From positions 4,634-68,633 of the forward strand of contig VFFB01000002.1 of the NCBI GenBank assembly GCA_018882585.1: a stretch of DNA of 64,000 bases. Direction: 5' to 3'. Both the position numbers and the translations under genes were made by a program. A model generated the notes under the pieces. It searched no databases. It worked only from the letters and a program-made list of their open reading frames with translations, and was not told where the DNA came from. This DNA is from Candidatus Kapaibacterium sp. GTDB taxonomy: Bacteria > Bacteroidota > Ignavibacteria > Kapaibacteriales > Kapaibacteriaceae. Below, one piece after another: positions 28,870 to 39,333 of the stretch. Within the stretch, counting starts at the first letter, position 1; each line of letters starts with the position of its first letter.

Positions 28870-30135
28870 ATGTCAGGATTGTTCGACGACATCGACGAAG
28901 CACACCAGGCCAGGATCCGTCCGCTGGCCGAGCGTTCTCGTCCTCACTCTATCAACGACGTCGTTGGACAGCTTCATCTGCTTGGGCCCGGCGGTCCTCT
29001 TCGTGCGTTCGTAGAACGAGGCGTGCTTCCAAGCATCATCCTGTGGGGTCCGCCAGGCACAGGCAAGACCACGCTGGCCAACGCCCTGGCGGCAACATTT
29101 GATGCACCAATGGAACGCCTCTCAGCCGTCGAACACGGTGTGAAAGACCTGCGCGAGATCCTTGGCCGCGCCCAACGGAAGGCCCGTACCGGCGTGCGCA
29201 TGATCGTGTTCATCGACGAGATCCATCGCTTCACGAAGGCGCAGCAGGATGCTCTCCTCCATGCCGTTGAGCAGGGTACGATCACACTGATCGGGGCCAC
29301 GACAGAGAATCCGTCGTTCGAGGTCAATGCTGCCCTGCTAAGCAGATGTCATGTGTATCGACTGCATGCCTTGAGCACGGACGAGCTTATCAGTATCGTG
29401 CGCAACGCCCTCGAATCCGACCCACAACTCCGCGAGTTGCACGTATCGGTCCAGGATTGGCAGGCCCTGATCACCGTGTCGGGGGGCGATGCTCGCGCAG
29501 CGTTGAACGCCATCGAGACGGCGGCATACCTGGCCCTGCCGGATGCGTCAAACCATCGCCTCATCACCCGGGAACTGCTGCAGCAGGTCGTACAACGTCG
29601 CATCGTACGCTACGACAAATCCGGCGAACAGCACTACGACATCGTAAGCGCTTTTATCAAATCGGTGCGCGGCAGCGACGTCAACGCGGCTCTGCTCTGG
29701 CTGGCAGCGATGATCGAAGCCGGCGAAGACCCCTTGTTCATCGCGCGACGTATGATCATCCTGGCCAGCGAAGATATCGGCAACGCCGACCCCCATGCAT
29801 TACCGCTGACATTGAGCGTCTTTCAAGCGGTTGAACGTATCGGCATGCCCGAGGGTCGCATACCACTGGCTCAGGGCGTGGTCTATCTTGCCAAAGCGCC
29901 CAAGAGTAACGCGAGCTACAAGGCCATCGACGCAGCTCTTCAGGCCGTTCGCAGCGGGATCGATCTGACGGTGCCGTTACACCTGCGCAATGCGGCAACG
30001 GGACTGCTATCGGCCGAGGGTTACGGCGAAGGGTATAAGTATCCGCATGACTTCGAGGGTGGTCGGGTACAGCAGCAGTACTTTCCCGACGGAGTTGATC
30101 CGATCTCGTTCTACGACGAGGGTGCCAAGGAGTAA
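28870..30135 (+). CDS. rarA: Replication-associated recombination protein A (AAA+ ATPase, MgsA/WRNIP1 family).
   Basis: Walker A GPPGTGKTTLA, Walker B IVFIDEIHRF, the sensor/arginine finger and a C-terminal MgsA helical domain. Start is at MSGLFDD. Confidence 0.9.
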   Translation: MSGLFDDIDEAHQARIRPLAERSRPHSINDVVGQLHLLGPGGPLRAFVERGVLPSIILWGPPGTGKTTLANALAATFDAPMERLSAVEHGVKDLREILGRAQRKARTGVRMIVFIDEIHRFTKAQQDALLHAVEQGTITLIGATTENPSFEVNAALLSRCHVYRLHALSTDELISIVRNALESDPQLRELHVSVQDWQALITVSGGDARAALNAIETAAYLALPDASNHRLITRELLQQVVQRRIVRYDKSGEQHYDIVSAFIKSVRGSDVNAALLWLAAMIEAGEDPLFIARRMIILASEDIGNADPHALPLTLSVFQAVERIGMPEGRIPLAQGVVYLAKAPKSNASYKAIDAALQAVRSGIDLTVPLHLRNAATGLLSAEGYGEGYKYPHDFEGGRVQQQYFPDGVDPISFYDEGAKE

Positions 30136-30142
30136 CTCGGGC

Positions 30143-31273
30143 TCACCCGCCCACGGAATCTTGCTGTGCAGCCTTCCGTGCAGCTTCGGCCGCTTTCTTC
30201 CGACGTCGCTCGGCACGCACCTTGTTCCAGTCCACGCTTTCTTTGAGCCGCGCAGAGTCGCGGATCACACCGCGCTCCCGCAGAATGGCTTCAGCCTGGC
30301 GATACCGCGACGCGTTTGGCAATGCCCCCCGCACTTCCTTGGGTATCTGTGAGATGGGAATGAGTGCTTCTTCGACGTCGAGTGGTTTGTTGGGCAGGGC
30401 GATCAACACATCCTTGTTCGAGGTGACGTCCCACCACGGCCCGCCTCGACGGCGACCGTAATCGAACATGTCCAGAATGATCACAGGCGTGCCAGTGAAC
30501 TTGATCGGCCTGCCGTTGGTGTCGCGCTTTCCCTGACGAACCCATTTGAACAACCACTCGGCATCACTCAGGAACTGCCGAACACAGGAGTGCGAGACAG
30601 GCCGCCCGGGCATTTCAAATTGATGGAAGGCCGAACCCGCATACTGATGAAAGTTCACGGTGAACGGTAGCTTCCATGTGCTGTCCAACGACGAGATCCG
30701 GAATCGCGACTTCCAATTCACGGCATAGCGTCCGGGAAACGTTGGCTTGCCCTCCTCACCCGTATTGGCGGCGGCAAACCGGACAAGCTCGCCGTAGCTG
30801 TAACAGGCATACGACTGCCACTTGTTCGAGATGAAGATGATCTTCTCGACGTCACGGCCACCTTCGTACCACTGCGGGAACACGCTGTACGCACGAAGAT
30901 CTTTTTCGAGTGTCGATGGCAGCATGATCGTGTCACCAACACGGAAGAACTGAATGTCTTTTCGATTGACCGCCGTGAATGCCCGGTATGCCGTCCACGT
31001 TGAGTCCGCAGCCCCAAACGTAGCACGGATGCTGTCGCGCATCGCAACATCCCTGATGACCGTGCGCACGTAGTCGATGCGCGGAAAGCGGTTGGTGATC
31101 GAATCAACGCGCCGCATGTGCTCCAGCTGTGCTTTCGCCGCAGCAACGCTATCGATGGCCTCCTGTTGGCGGACGGCCTCGGCATTCGGATCGGCGCACG
31201 CATGCAGCATCATCACTGCAGTGGCAGCAACAATGTGTGGCAGACGAAGAACTAGGGGGAGTCGAATTCGCAT
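30143..31273 (-). CDS. Secreted L,D-transpeptidase (YkuD-family catalytic domain).
   Basis: Signal peptide, then the catalytic motif FHQFEMPGRPVSHSCVRQ (conserved His...SH[GS]C[IV]R). Confidence 0.75.
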   Translation of the reverse strand: MRIRLPLVLRLPHIVAATAVMMLHACADPNAEAVRQQEAIDSVAAAKAQLEHMRRVDSITNRFPRIDYVRTVIRDVAMRDSIRATFGAADSTWTAYRAFTAVNRKDIQFFRVGDTIMLPSTLEKDLRAYSVFPQWYEGGRDVEKIIFISNKWQSYACYSYGELVRFAAANTGEEGKPTFPGRYAVNWKSRFRISSLDSTWKLPFTVNFHQYAGSAFHQFEMPGRPVSHSCVRQFLSDAEWLFKWVRQGKRDTNGRPIKFTGTPVIILDMFDYGRRRGGPWWDVTSNKDVLIALPNKPLDVEEALIPISQIPKEVRGALPNASRYRQAEAILRERGVIRDSARLKESVDWNKVRAERRRKKAAEAARKAAQQDSVGG

Positions 31274-31317
31274 GATCTGGAAGTGGCGAATCTACGCACC
31301 TGACGTAGTTTGCGCGC

Positions 31318-32124
31318 ATGGCACGTTTGACCTCCTGTCTCGCCTTGATGATCGTCCTTGCTGTCGGCTGCTCGACGGAGCGTCCGGCACCGGTCGACGA
31401 AACACCACGACCCGCGGCCACCCCACCGGTAATGGCTGTTCGCGAGAGCTATCGCGTTCTTGAGACATTGCCCCACGACGTTGGCGCGTTCACGCAGGGC
31501 CTTGTGGTTCACAACGGCTTGTTCATCGAGAGCACCGGACAGAACGGTCAGTCCACCATCCGCCACGTTGCCATCGCCACCGGCAAGGTGCGCCGTATGG
31601 AACGTCTCGAGGAACGGTATTTCGGCGAAGGGATGACGGTGCTTGGTGGTAAGGCATACATGCTGACGTGGCTGACGCAGACAGGGTTTGTGTTCGACGT
31701 GAACACACTGAAGCAGCTCTCGGTCTTTACGTACCAAGGCGAAGGTTGGGGTCTTACCAACGACGGCACCAACCTGATCATGAGCAACGGCACGAACATG
31801 CTCGTAGTCATCGACCCCACAACGAACAGGGTTGTACGAACGGTCAACGTCACACTCGACGGACGTCCTCTGCCCTACCTGAACGAACTTGAATGGATCG
31901 AAGGCCAGATCTGGGCCAACATCTGGCGTACCAATGATATCGTTCGCATCGACCCCACAACGGGGCATGTCATTGGCGTCATCGACTGTACCGGCATCCT
32001 TCCGCAGTCTGCCATGACAGATGCCACCGATGTGATGAATGGCATCGCCTACGATTCAACGTCGAAGGCCATCTACGTGACCGGTAAAAACTGGCCTCAC
32101 GTCTATCGCATCGAAGCCCGATAA
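31318..32124 (+). CDS. Glutaminyl-peptide cyclotransferase (bacterial/plant beta-propeller type), lipoprotein.
   Basis: Lipobox LAVGC. YRVLETLPHDVGAFTQGLVVHNGLFIESTGQNGQSTIRHVAIATGKV matches the glutamine cyclotransferase family. Confidence 0.8.
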   Translation: MARLTSCLALMIVLAVGCSTERPAPVDETPRPAATPPVMAVRESYRVLETLPHDVGAFTQGLVVHNGLFIESTGQNGQSTIRHVAIATGKVRRMERLEERYFGEGMTVLGGKAYMLTWLTQTGFVFDVNTLKQLSVFTYQGEGWGLTNDGTNLIMSNGTNMLVVIDPTTNRVVRTVNVTLDGRPLPYLNELEWIEGQIWANIWRTNDIVRIDPTTGHVIGVIDCTGILPQSAMTDATDVMNGIAYDSTSKAIYVTGKNWPHVYRIEAR

Positions 32125-32263
32125 CCCCATCGTCAACGTTGTGAAATATTCTTCGGGCCACGATCGCCCGACACCGTCACACTCCACGCCTCTCGCTGCA
32201 TGAAGCGGTAACAGCCGGACCGTCGTCCGGCGCTTTCCTACCCTTCATTACAGCGAGGTTTCC

Positions 32264-35200
32264 ATGCATTTCGCACCACGTGCGCGAGCACTGCTTGCAG
32301 TGCTCCTATGTTGCGTCGGTACCCTATCGGCCCAACAACAAGTTTTGCTCTTGGCACCACAGGCCGGAGCGGTCGATGTGACCATCAAGCCCGATATCAT
32401 CGTGCTGGCCCCGGCACCTATCGACCAAGCAAGCGTCACAACCCGCTGGCCCAACAGCGAGGTCAACGGATGGCGCAGCGACGAGCCCACGCTGCTGCTG
32501 CTTCGTGCGGATGATGCCGCCCGATACCCGCGGGCAGCCTGGCCGAAGCATGCCGTCCGTGTGCGATATGCACAGATCGACCCGCGCATGCTGCGGATGA
32601 CAGCCGGAACACTGGCACCCGGTACACAGTACGTTGCCATTCTTCAGCGGCTGACGGTTGATGGAGGCACCCATGTGCCCCCGCTCGAGTTTGCATTCAC
32701 CACCAGGTACGACGTGCCACGCTTGCACCGAACCTCGCTCGAAGGTGTCGACGCTCTGCGGTGTACCGACATCATCACCATGTCGTTCACCGCCCCCTTA
32801 TCAACATTGCCCTCACCCCCTTCGGCATACGTCTCCATCACATCGAATGGGGCAGACGTGCCACATACCATGTCCGTGGATGAGAAGGGGCAGCGAGTAA
32901 CGCTTACGCCGAAAGGACACTGGCCGGCAGCAGCCACGCTGCGCGTCGAGGCGCGCATGGGCAGAGCAACAGGCGAGGAGCTCGACAACAAACGGTTCGA
33001 TGTACCCGTTCGCGGCGCCGGCCGCGTGCGCGTCAAGCCCAGGGAGATACATGGACGTGATGTTGATCTCACGGTCGAACGCACGGTGTCGGCGAACAGC
33101 ACCGTCGCCGTCGTGGGTGGCACCTACGACGTGCAATGTCCACCATGGCCAACGCCAACGTGGAGGTTTGTGCGCTGGGAGAGTGCCGATGTGCCGACCA
33201 TCAATGGCAGTACGGACCCCGTTGCGCGCTGGAAGGCCGACTGTGCGATCCTGGACCGCGAGATCACCATTGACGCCATCGTCGAACGCGTTGACACACT
33301 CAAGGTGCCACTCGAGATCGACAATGGTGTGATCGAAGTCTATGACGACGACGGTGCACTGCTGGATGTCTACGATGACGATGACACGCTCTATCTGACG
33401 GCCGCCACACCAGCGGTCACAATGCAGGCCGTAGCGGCCGCCGGATACACCTTCGGTTCATGGTCGGCTCAGGGTCTTGCCATCAACGGCAGCAAGGCTG
33501 CCGCCGCCACGATATCCATGTCTGCCATGAATCCTCTTCCAGGCCTGGGCATGACGTCCAAGCCCGTAATCCCACGGTTCGTTGTGCCAACAGGGTCGGA
33601 ACGATATCGGCTGCGCGGTCGGCTGCAGGATATGGCGCCCGAGGAAGGATTCGACGTGGAACAGAGCGCCACGTGGACAACGGCGCGAGAGTACGAGGAA
33701 CTGGATGCCGTTACCAGACAGCTCTGCATTACGGCGCGAGACTGCTGGGAGGTGCTTGGCTACATGTCCATCAATGGTCGGACGATGTTCGACAAGCCAC
33801 AACGCGACGCCTGCGTCGATGCGCAGCTGCTTGATCCCGAGCATGTCGTGACGTTCTTTGTGCGGCGCATCCCGTTGCAATTGCGCGTGGAGTTGGCCCT
33901 GCTGGAGAGCGACGGCTCGGATGATCTGATCTACGACAAACACCCCCATGCCGACGTTCGTGTCTCGGCCGACCTAGGGAAGACCGTCGGCAACACGACG
34001 GTCTGGAAACCAATGGGCGAAACAACATGTCGCACCCTTCGTGAACTCGCCCGTGCAACATGGACGGTGTCTTGCGGCGATCAGATCCGCCTGCGGATCC
34101 GCGATGCAGCATCGCGCGGTGAAACGTGGCAGTACTTCGCTGCGCGCACCAACTACGTGCTGCCGGGCGGCGGCCGCCGCGTTGATGATACGTGGGAGTA
34201 CACCCTTGTGGCGGGTACCGACCTCGCCCATTTCGATGCGGAGTCGTGTGACGGAAAACTTCTCGGCCGAAAAGAGATCCGCTTGCAGGCATGCTTTCGA
34301 GCCGAACTCGGTATCGACGCCATCGCCGTGCGCATGCGCGTTGGCGGCACGCGACAACGATTCGAAGCCACCTTCGAGGAACGTTGGCTCGACCCCTTGG
34401 TATACTACGACCGTCTTGTTGGCGAACCGACTGGTGGCCGACAACTGGAGTACATACCCCGGAAGGGAACCGAGATCAAGATTCGGTTTACGCGGCCGGT
34501 CGACATCACGACAGTTGAACAGGGCGCCCTCATCCTTGAGTCGTTTGGCAATCTCGACCCCTTGAATGTTGGCAGAGCGAACATGGACTTCACAGCATCA
34601 TCCTCGAACCGGGGCAACATACGATATGAGCCATTCAATGGCGGACCAATCAACACTGTCGTGATGCATGCATATGAGCCGAACACCACACCACGGTTGC
34701 ATGCCACCTATTTCGGATCGCTGGATCTGACGGTTACATCCAACGTCCGCTCGCTGCGGGGTGCTCGCCTTCGATCCACCGGCAGTTTTGCGCTGAACAC
34801 CATGGAGCTGCCGGGCTATGGCGTACAGCTGCGAAGCATCGGCCTGGATGACGATGGAGATTGGGACGTATGGCCGATCATCCTCGATGGCGAGATCTAT
34901 CATGCCATGTATGGAGGTGTGCTGGCCGCCAACGCCGCAATGCATGTCGACATGGGGTTCCGCCGCCTACCCCCATGCTCTGTCCAACAGGGTACCATAC
35001 CCGATGATTGCACCTATGATCAGGGCGACACCGACCCGCCGTTGCAGTTCGGCGACCTGTTGCAGTACATCGAACCGTCGTGGCTTGATCGGACGGACCT
35101 GGCATTCTCGCACATCCAGACCTATGACGAGGACTGCAAGGACCAACGGGGATGTCTCGTTGGCGAGATCCAGAACATCATCGTCAAGCTGCGCGATCAG

Positions 35201-35461
35201 TTGTCAGCTTCCGCAACCAACGGATCGGCCAAGACTGCCTGGTCCGGCATCGTGCCAGCGTTGATCCAGTCTGGATTCGACCTGATCAACGCCCTGATGA
35301 ATCCAGACGACCAAGACGAATACCTTGGCGAGCACACCATGCTCGAAGGCGTCTCGGGCCTGTGGGGCGTCAATGCCGTCGGCGTCCGTACCGGCAACGG
35401 ACGGCACACCACCTACACCTACCGTCCGCGGTTCTTCCCGCGTGCCGCCGTGGCGTATTGA
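32264..35461 (+). CDS. Large secreted protein (1065 aa) of unknown function with no recognisable catalytic motif.
   Basis: Signal peptide MHFAPRARALLAVLLCCVGTLSAQQ and a long open frame. I could assign no family by eye, and there is no T9SS CTD at the C-terminus. Confidence 0.7.
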   Translation: MHFAPRARALLAVLLCCVGTLSAQQQVLLLAPQAGAVDVTIKPDIIVLAPAPIDQASVTTRWPNSEVNGWRSDEPTLLLLRADDAARYPRAAWPKHAVRVRYAQIDPRMLRMTAGTLAPGTQYVAILQRLTVDGGTHVPPLEFAFTTRYDVPRLHRTSLEGVDALRCTDIITMSFTAPLSTLPSPPSAYVSITSNGADVPHTMSVDEKGQRVTLTPKGHWPAAATLRVEARMGRATGEELDNKRFDVPVRGAGRVRVKPREIHGRDVDLTVERTVSANSTVAVVGGTYDVQCPPWPTPTWRFVRWESADVPTINGSTDPVARWKADCAILDREITIDAIVERVDTLKVPLEIDNGVIEVYDDDGALLDVYDDDDTLYLTAATPAVTMQAVAAAGYTFGSWSAQGLAINGSKAAAATISMSAMNPLPGLGMTSKPVIPRFVVPTGSERYRLRGRLQDMAPEEGFDVEQSATWTTAREYEELDAVTRQLCITARDCWEVLGYMSINGRTMFDKPQRDACVDAQLLDPEHVVTFFVRRIPLQLRVELALLESDGSDDLIYDKHPHADVRVSADLGKTVGNTTVWKPMGETTCRTLRELARATWTVSCGDQIRLRIRDAASRGETWQYFAARTNYVLPGGGRRVDDTWEYTLVAGTDLAHFDAESCDGKLLGRKEIRLQACFRAELGIDAIAVRMRVGGTRQRFEATFEERWLDPLVYYDRLVGEPTGGRQLEYIPRKGTEIKIRFTRPVDITTVEQGALILESFGNLDPLNVGRANMDFTASSSNRGNIRYEPFNGGPINTVVMHAYEPNTTPRLHATYFGSLDLTVTSNVRSLRGARLRSTGSFALNTMELPGYGVQLRSIGLDDDGDWDVWPIILDGEIYHAMYGGVLAANAAMHVDMGFRRLPPCSVQQGTIPDDCTYDQGDTDPPLQFGDLLQYIEPSWLDRTDLAFSHIQTYDEDCKDQRGCLVGEIQNIIVKLRDQLSASATNGSAKTAWSGIVPALIQSGFDLINALMNPDDQDEYLGEHTMLEGVSGLWGVNAVGVRTGNGRHTTYTYRPRFFPRAAVAY

Positions 35462-35508
35462 CCGCCACCACACCAACCACCACCACACTTCACAAAGGAG
35501 AAACAACC

Positions 35509-36141
35509 ATGCGATCTTTCATTCTCGCAGCATGCTGCATACCCATTTCCCTCTGCGCACAGGTCCTGCCGCCGGGCGGTGTCACCGATGCACCGTGGCG
35601 CCCCGGAACGGCCGTCGATGTATCGTGGGATGATGCCTTGGACGCAAGGACGGTAGACATCGAACTGTTCGACGCTGCCCGACAGCAACGCATCATCGTT
35701 GCCAAGCAGGTCGACGCCAAGCCTCGAACGGCCGGCATCATGCTTCCCGATTCACTGCGTCCGGGCAACCACTATGTTGTGTTGATCCGCGACGCCGCGC
35801 AGCCATCGCGGTACGTCCGCAGCAGCGGTTACATCCCCGTGGCGCCGGCGCTGGCGCGCGTGCGGCCCACCGATGTACCCGACAGGCCAACCCAGCGGGC
35901 CGACTATGCTGTTGCGCCCAACCCAACGCCGGCAAGTGCCGTGCTAACGTGGGACGTGCTGGGCGTGCGCAAGATCCGCGTTACCGGGGCGGACGGCATC
36001 GTCAGGCTTGAACGTGACGTCGAACCGATGGACCGACGATTGGTCATTCCCTCGGACCGTTGGGCCTCGGGCACCTACGTGGTCGAACTTCTTGGGTCAA
36101 CCGACGCCGTCGGAAGGATCCTGCTGGTGGCTGTGCGCTGA
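35509..36141 (+). CDS. Small secreted protein with a T9SS C-terminal sorting domain.
   Basis: RBS AAAGGAG 8 nt upstream of the ATG. Signal peptide MRSFILAACCIPISLCAQ. C-terminus 'VAPNPTPASAVLTW...GTYVVELLGSTDAVGRILLVAVR'. The track ORF 35152..36141 is an upstream open-frame extension. Confidence 0.7.
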   Translation: MRSFILAACCIPISLCAQVLPPGGVTDAPWRPGTAVDVSWDDALDARTVDIELFDAARQQRIIVAKQVDAKPRTAGIMLPDSLRPGNHYVVLIRDAAQPSRYVRSSGYIPVAPALARVRPTDVPDRPTQRADYAVAPNPTPASAVLTWDVLGVRKIRVTGADGIVRLERDVEPMDRRLVIPSDRWASGTYVVELLGSTDAVGRILLVAVR

Positions 36142-37527
36142 AGCGCCCTGCCCATCGGTCTGACGGCCAACGGTATAGCGTCGTCCCAGTGACGGGATCA
36201 GGATGCGCGTTTTCGGCAGCCGTTCTTTCACGGCAAGGGCCAGCGCGTCGCACGCATCGGGCGATCCATGGGTGATGCACAGCGTTCCCGGGCGGACGTC
36301 GCCGATGAAGTCTACCAGACCCTCCTTCGACGCGTGAGCGCTGAATCGGAATCGTTCGACCTTACAGGAACGCGTCATTTCGCGAGTGCCAAACATGAAC
36401 GGAACGCCGGGCTCGGACATCGACAGACTCCAGCCCGGCGTATCCGGATCCTGATATCCGATGAAGGCGATACCGAAGGCCGGATTCCGCATCCAGACAC
36501 GCGCGAGTGCATGCGAAAGCGTACCCTTGTTGACCATGCCGCTCTGCGCGACCACGATCGACGGCTTGCTCATGAAGTCGTTCGAGAACAGCGCGTTCAT
36601 ATCGACCCGCTCCTGCGGAATGTCCGACACTTCGAAACCCGGTTGCCTGAAGGGTTCGGTGTAGCAATACTGGTCGTAGATCTTGTTGATGCGTTCGCCC
36701 ATTCCGCCCGTGTAGATCGGAATGGACGGGATGGAGCCGGATCGCATCAACCCGTACAGAATGCGCAAGATCTCCTGCGTCTTACCAAGGGCAAACGACG
36801 GGATAAGGACGGATCCATTCTCGTTCGTAACGTCTGCAATGAACTTCCCAAGGCGCTTCGTCTCGCCCACCCGGTCGTTCGGCGTGTCGTGTCCACAGTT
36901 CGTTGCCTCGGTGATCAGCACATCGACGTGGTGCCGCGGCACAGCCGCTTTGCCGATCAAGGCCTGATCGTCGAACTGGATGTCGGTCGTATGCAGGATC
37001 GACAGGCCGTTGCACTCCAGCATCACGCTGGCAGCGCCAAGGATGTGTCCAGACCAATGCAGGGTCATCGTCACATCATGTCGTCCATGCCACCCCTTCA
37101 ACCGTATCGGATCATCGTACGGCACAGCCTCGAAGGCATGACGCAGCAGTTCGATCTGTTCGCGGTTGTAGTACGACAAAGATTCCGTCGGGAACCATGC
37201 CGTGATGTCGGACTTCAGCAGACGTCCGGTGTTGTGCAGCATCACGTGCGTCAGGTCGCGCGTGGCATGCGTCATCAAGGGCCGAAGATGTGGCATTGCC
37301 CGCATCACAAACGGAAGACCGCCCAGGTGGTCGTTGTGAGCGTGCGATATCACCAGCACGTCGGCCGACCGTTCCCCAAGCGACGCAAGAGCCGGAAACG
37401 CATGCTGGCCCCGGTCACGAGGGTGCAGGCCGGCATCAATGATGATGCCGGTACCGTCCAATCCGATGTACGTGCAGTTTGCACCAATGTCCTCGGCGCC
37501 GCCAAGGACGATGAGTTCAGCGGTCAC
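36097..37527 (-). CDS. MBL-fold beta-CASP RNA-metabolising hydrolase (RNase J/CPSF-like).
   Basis: MTAELIVLGGAEDIGANCTYI..., VISHAHNDHLGG (HxHxDH) and beta-CASP downstream motifs. The 3' end overlaps the convergent gene by about 45 nt. Confidence 0.85.
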   Translation of the reverse strand: MTAELIVLGGAEDIGANCTYIGLDGTGIIIDAGLHPRDRGQHAFPALASLGERSADVLVISHAHNDHLGGLPFVMRAMPHLRPLMTHATRDLTHVMLHNTGRLLKSDITAWFPTESLSYYNREQIELLRHAFEAVPYDDPIRLKGWHGRHDVTMTLHWSGHILGAASVMLECNGLSILHTTDIQFDDQALIGKAAVPRHHVDVLITEATNCGHDTPNDRVGETKRLGKFIADVTNENGSVLIPSFALGKTQEILRILYGLMRSGSIPSIPIYTGGMGERINKIYDQYCYTEPFRQPGFEVSDIPQERVDMNALFSNDFMSKPSIVVAQSGMVNKGTLSHALARVWMRNPAFGIAFIGYQDPDTPGWSLSMSEPGVPFMFGTREMTRSCKVERFRFSAHASKEGLVDFIGDVRPGTLCITHGSPDACDALALAVKERLPKTRILIPSLGRRYTVGRQTDGQGASAHSHQQDPSDGVG

Positions 37528-37569
37528 AGGTGTTGCGTAGTAAGAGCGGGTAATGTGCCTTGTTGCACA

Positions 37570-37773
37570 TCACTTCTTGGGTTTGGTCGACAGACCCAAC
37601 GGCAGGTAGAGCGGACACGACCCCATGGCAGAGGTAGCGGCCATGATGATCGCGACGATACCAAGCACCCAGGCTGCAGTGCCCGAGATCTGCTCAGACG
37701 CGATCAAGGCAAACACCGTAATCGCAATGGCAATGCGGATAAGGCGGTCGATACTGCCCATGTTCTTGATCAT
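37570..37773 (-). CDS. DUF2892 (YgaP-like) small membrane protein.
   Basis: MIKNMGSIDRLIRIAIAITVFALIA...AMGSCPLYLPLGLSTK. The N-terminal part of the 229-aa track ORF is antisense to the mutase gene start and is rejected. Confidence 0.55.
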   Translation of the reverse strand: MIKNMGSIDRLIRIAIAITVFALIASEQISGTAAWVLGIVAIIMAATSAMGSCPLYLPLGLSTKPKK

Positions 37774-37917
37774 CACTGGCTCCACTCCATCGTGAGACAC
37801 ACAGGTCGGTTCAGGAACAGGCAATCTATGGAAAGACCCCGCAACACACGTCGTAGACGCGTCAATCGTTCCTGATGCGGTAATTTTGTCGTACCCATCC
37901 ACAGTGCTGTACCGTTC

Positions 37918-39333
37918 ATGCAGAATCCGACCCCATTTCAGCCATCGACGAAGATTCGCATCGTGACGGCGGCCTCGCTGTTCGACGGACACGATGCGGC
38001 CATCAACGTGATGCGTCGCATCATCCAGAGCACTGGCGTCGAAGTGATCCACCTTGGGCATAACCGTTCGGTGGCCGAAGTGGTGAACTGTGCCATCCAG
38101 GAAGATGCCCAGGCGATCGCGATGACGTCGTACCAAGGCGGCCACGTCGAGTACTTCAAGTACATGTACGACCTGCTGCGCGAGCGCGGCGCAGGTCACA
38201 TCAGGATCTTCGGCGGTGGCGGTGGTACGATCCTGCCAACAGAGCTCGAGGAGTTGCACGACTACGGGATCACCAGAATCTATTCGCCCGACGACGGTCG
38301 GGCCATGGGTTTACAGGGCATGATCAACGACCTTGTCTCGAAAAGTGATCACGATACACCCGACGTCTTTGGCGACGGTCTGGCCGATGCCGTTCGTGCA
38401 GGAGATCCCCTGGCAATTGCCCAAGCTATCTCGATGGCCGAACGCGACCAGCGGGAGCGTGTTGTCTTTACGGCAGGCGCCAAACGTCCGCCGGTCTTCG
38501 GTATCACCGGCACCGGAGGTGCCGGCAAGTCATCGTTGACCGACGAGATCGTACGCCGATTCATCGAAGACTTCTCCGACAAGCGCATCGCCGTCGTCTC
38601 CGTCGATCCCTCGAAGCGAAAGACCGGCGGCGCCCTCCTTGGCGACCGCATTCGCATGAATGCCGTCAGCCACCCACGCGTCTACATGCGGTCATTCGCC
38701 ACGCGACAGGCCAACGTCGCCATCAACAGGAACGTGACCGATGCCATCGATATCCTTTCCTACGCAGGCTTCGACCTGATCATCGTCGAAACGGCCGGTA
38801 TCGGCCAGAGCGACTCGCAGATCACGGACGTAGCCGATGTGTCGATGTATGTCATGACACCCGAATACGGTGCCGCAAGCCAACTCGAAAAGATCGACAT
38901 GATCGACTACGCCGATCTGATCGCACTGAACAAGTTCGACAAGCGCGGCGCCCTTGATGCGCTTCGCGATGTCAAGAAGCAATACCAACGCAGTCGACAG
39001 CTGTTCGACCGACGTCCCGACGAGATGCCCGTGTACGGCACCATCGCAAGCCAGTTCAACGACCCCGGCACAAACACGCTGTACCGCGCCATCATTGACA
39101 CGCTCGTGCAGCGCTGCGGACTGGATTGGACATCGATGTTCCACGTGACCGACGAAATGAGCGAGAAGATCTACATCATTCCGCCCGACCGGACACGGTA
39201 CTTAGCCGAGATCGTTGAAGAGAACGAACGCTATGATGCGTTTGTTGATCGACAGGCCACGCTTGCCCGCCGACTATGGCGCGTACGTGGCGCCATCGAC
39301 GAGTTATGCGACAATTCTTCCACACGTTCATGA
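37918..39333 (+). CDS. B12-binding domain plus MeaB/ArgK-type G-protein chaperone, i.e. the N-terminal two-thirds of an IcmF-type fused acyl-CoA mutase.
   Basis: [16 protein letters not shown]...GVEVIHLG (B12-binding DxHxxG-like), then P-loop [22 protein letters not shown] and NKFDKRG (GTPase G1/G3/G4). Confidence 0.85.
   Translation: MQNPTPFQPSTKIRIVTAASLFDGHDAAINVMRRIIQSTGVEVIHLGHNRSVAEVVNCAIQEDAQAIAMTSYQGGHVEYFKYMYDLLRERGAGHIRIFGGGGGTILPTELEELHDYGITRIYSPDDGRAMGLQGMINDLVSKSDHDTPDVFGDGLADAVRAGDPLAIAQAISMAERDQRERVVFTAGAKRPPVFGITGTGGAGKSSLTDEIVRRFIEDFSDKRIAVVSVDPSKRKTGGALLGDRIRMNAVSHPRVYMRSFATRQANVAINRNVTDAIDILSYAGFDLIIVETAGIGQSDSQITDVADVSMYVMTPEYGAASQLEKIDMIDYADLIALNKFDKRGALDALRDVKKQYQRSRQLFDRRPDEMPVYGTIASQFNDPGTNTLYRAIIDTLVQRCGLDWTSMFHVTDEMSEKIYIIPPDRTRYLAEIVEENERYDAFVDRQATLARRLWRVRGAIDELCDNSSTRS

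Noticed and set aside
32214-32231. Hairpin GCCGGAC-cgtc-GTCCGGC after the glutaminyl cyclase gene, as a terminator.
   Set aside because: Only a weak 'gcttt' follows. It is too short and U-poor to call confidently.
35152-35508. N-terminal extension of the small T9SS gene (track ORF 35152..36141) and the idea that genes 32264..35461 and 35509..36141 are one frameshifted gene.
   Set aside because: The downstream gene has its own RBS (AAAGGAG) and an N-terminal signal peptide at 35509. The open upstream frame is plausibly a chance feature of GC-rich DNA. It is kept as a low-probability alternative in the findings.
37774-37917. Possible cobalamin riboswitch upstream of the B12-binding mutase gene.
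   Set aside because: No B12-box-like consensus (AGYCMGGAGACCKGCC) is visible. Cobalamin riboswitches normally control B12 uptake or biosynthesis rather than B12-dependent mutases.
37774-38259. Long form (229 aa) of the DUF2892 gene.
   Set aside because: Only the C-terminal 67 aa match the DUF2892 membrane-protein pattern. The upstream part is antisense to the start of the B12/MeaB gene and the divergent promoter region.
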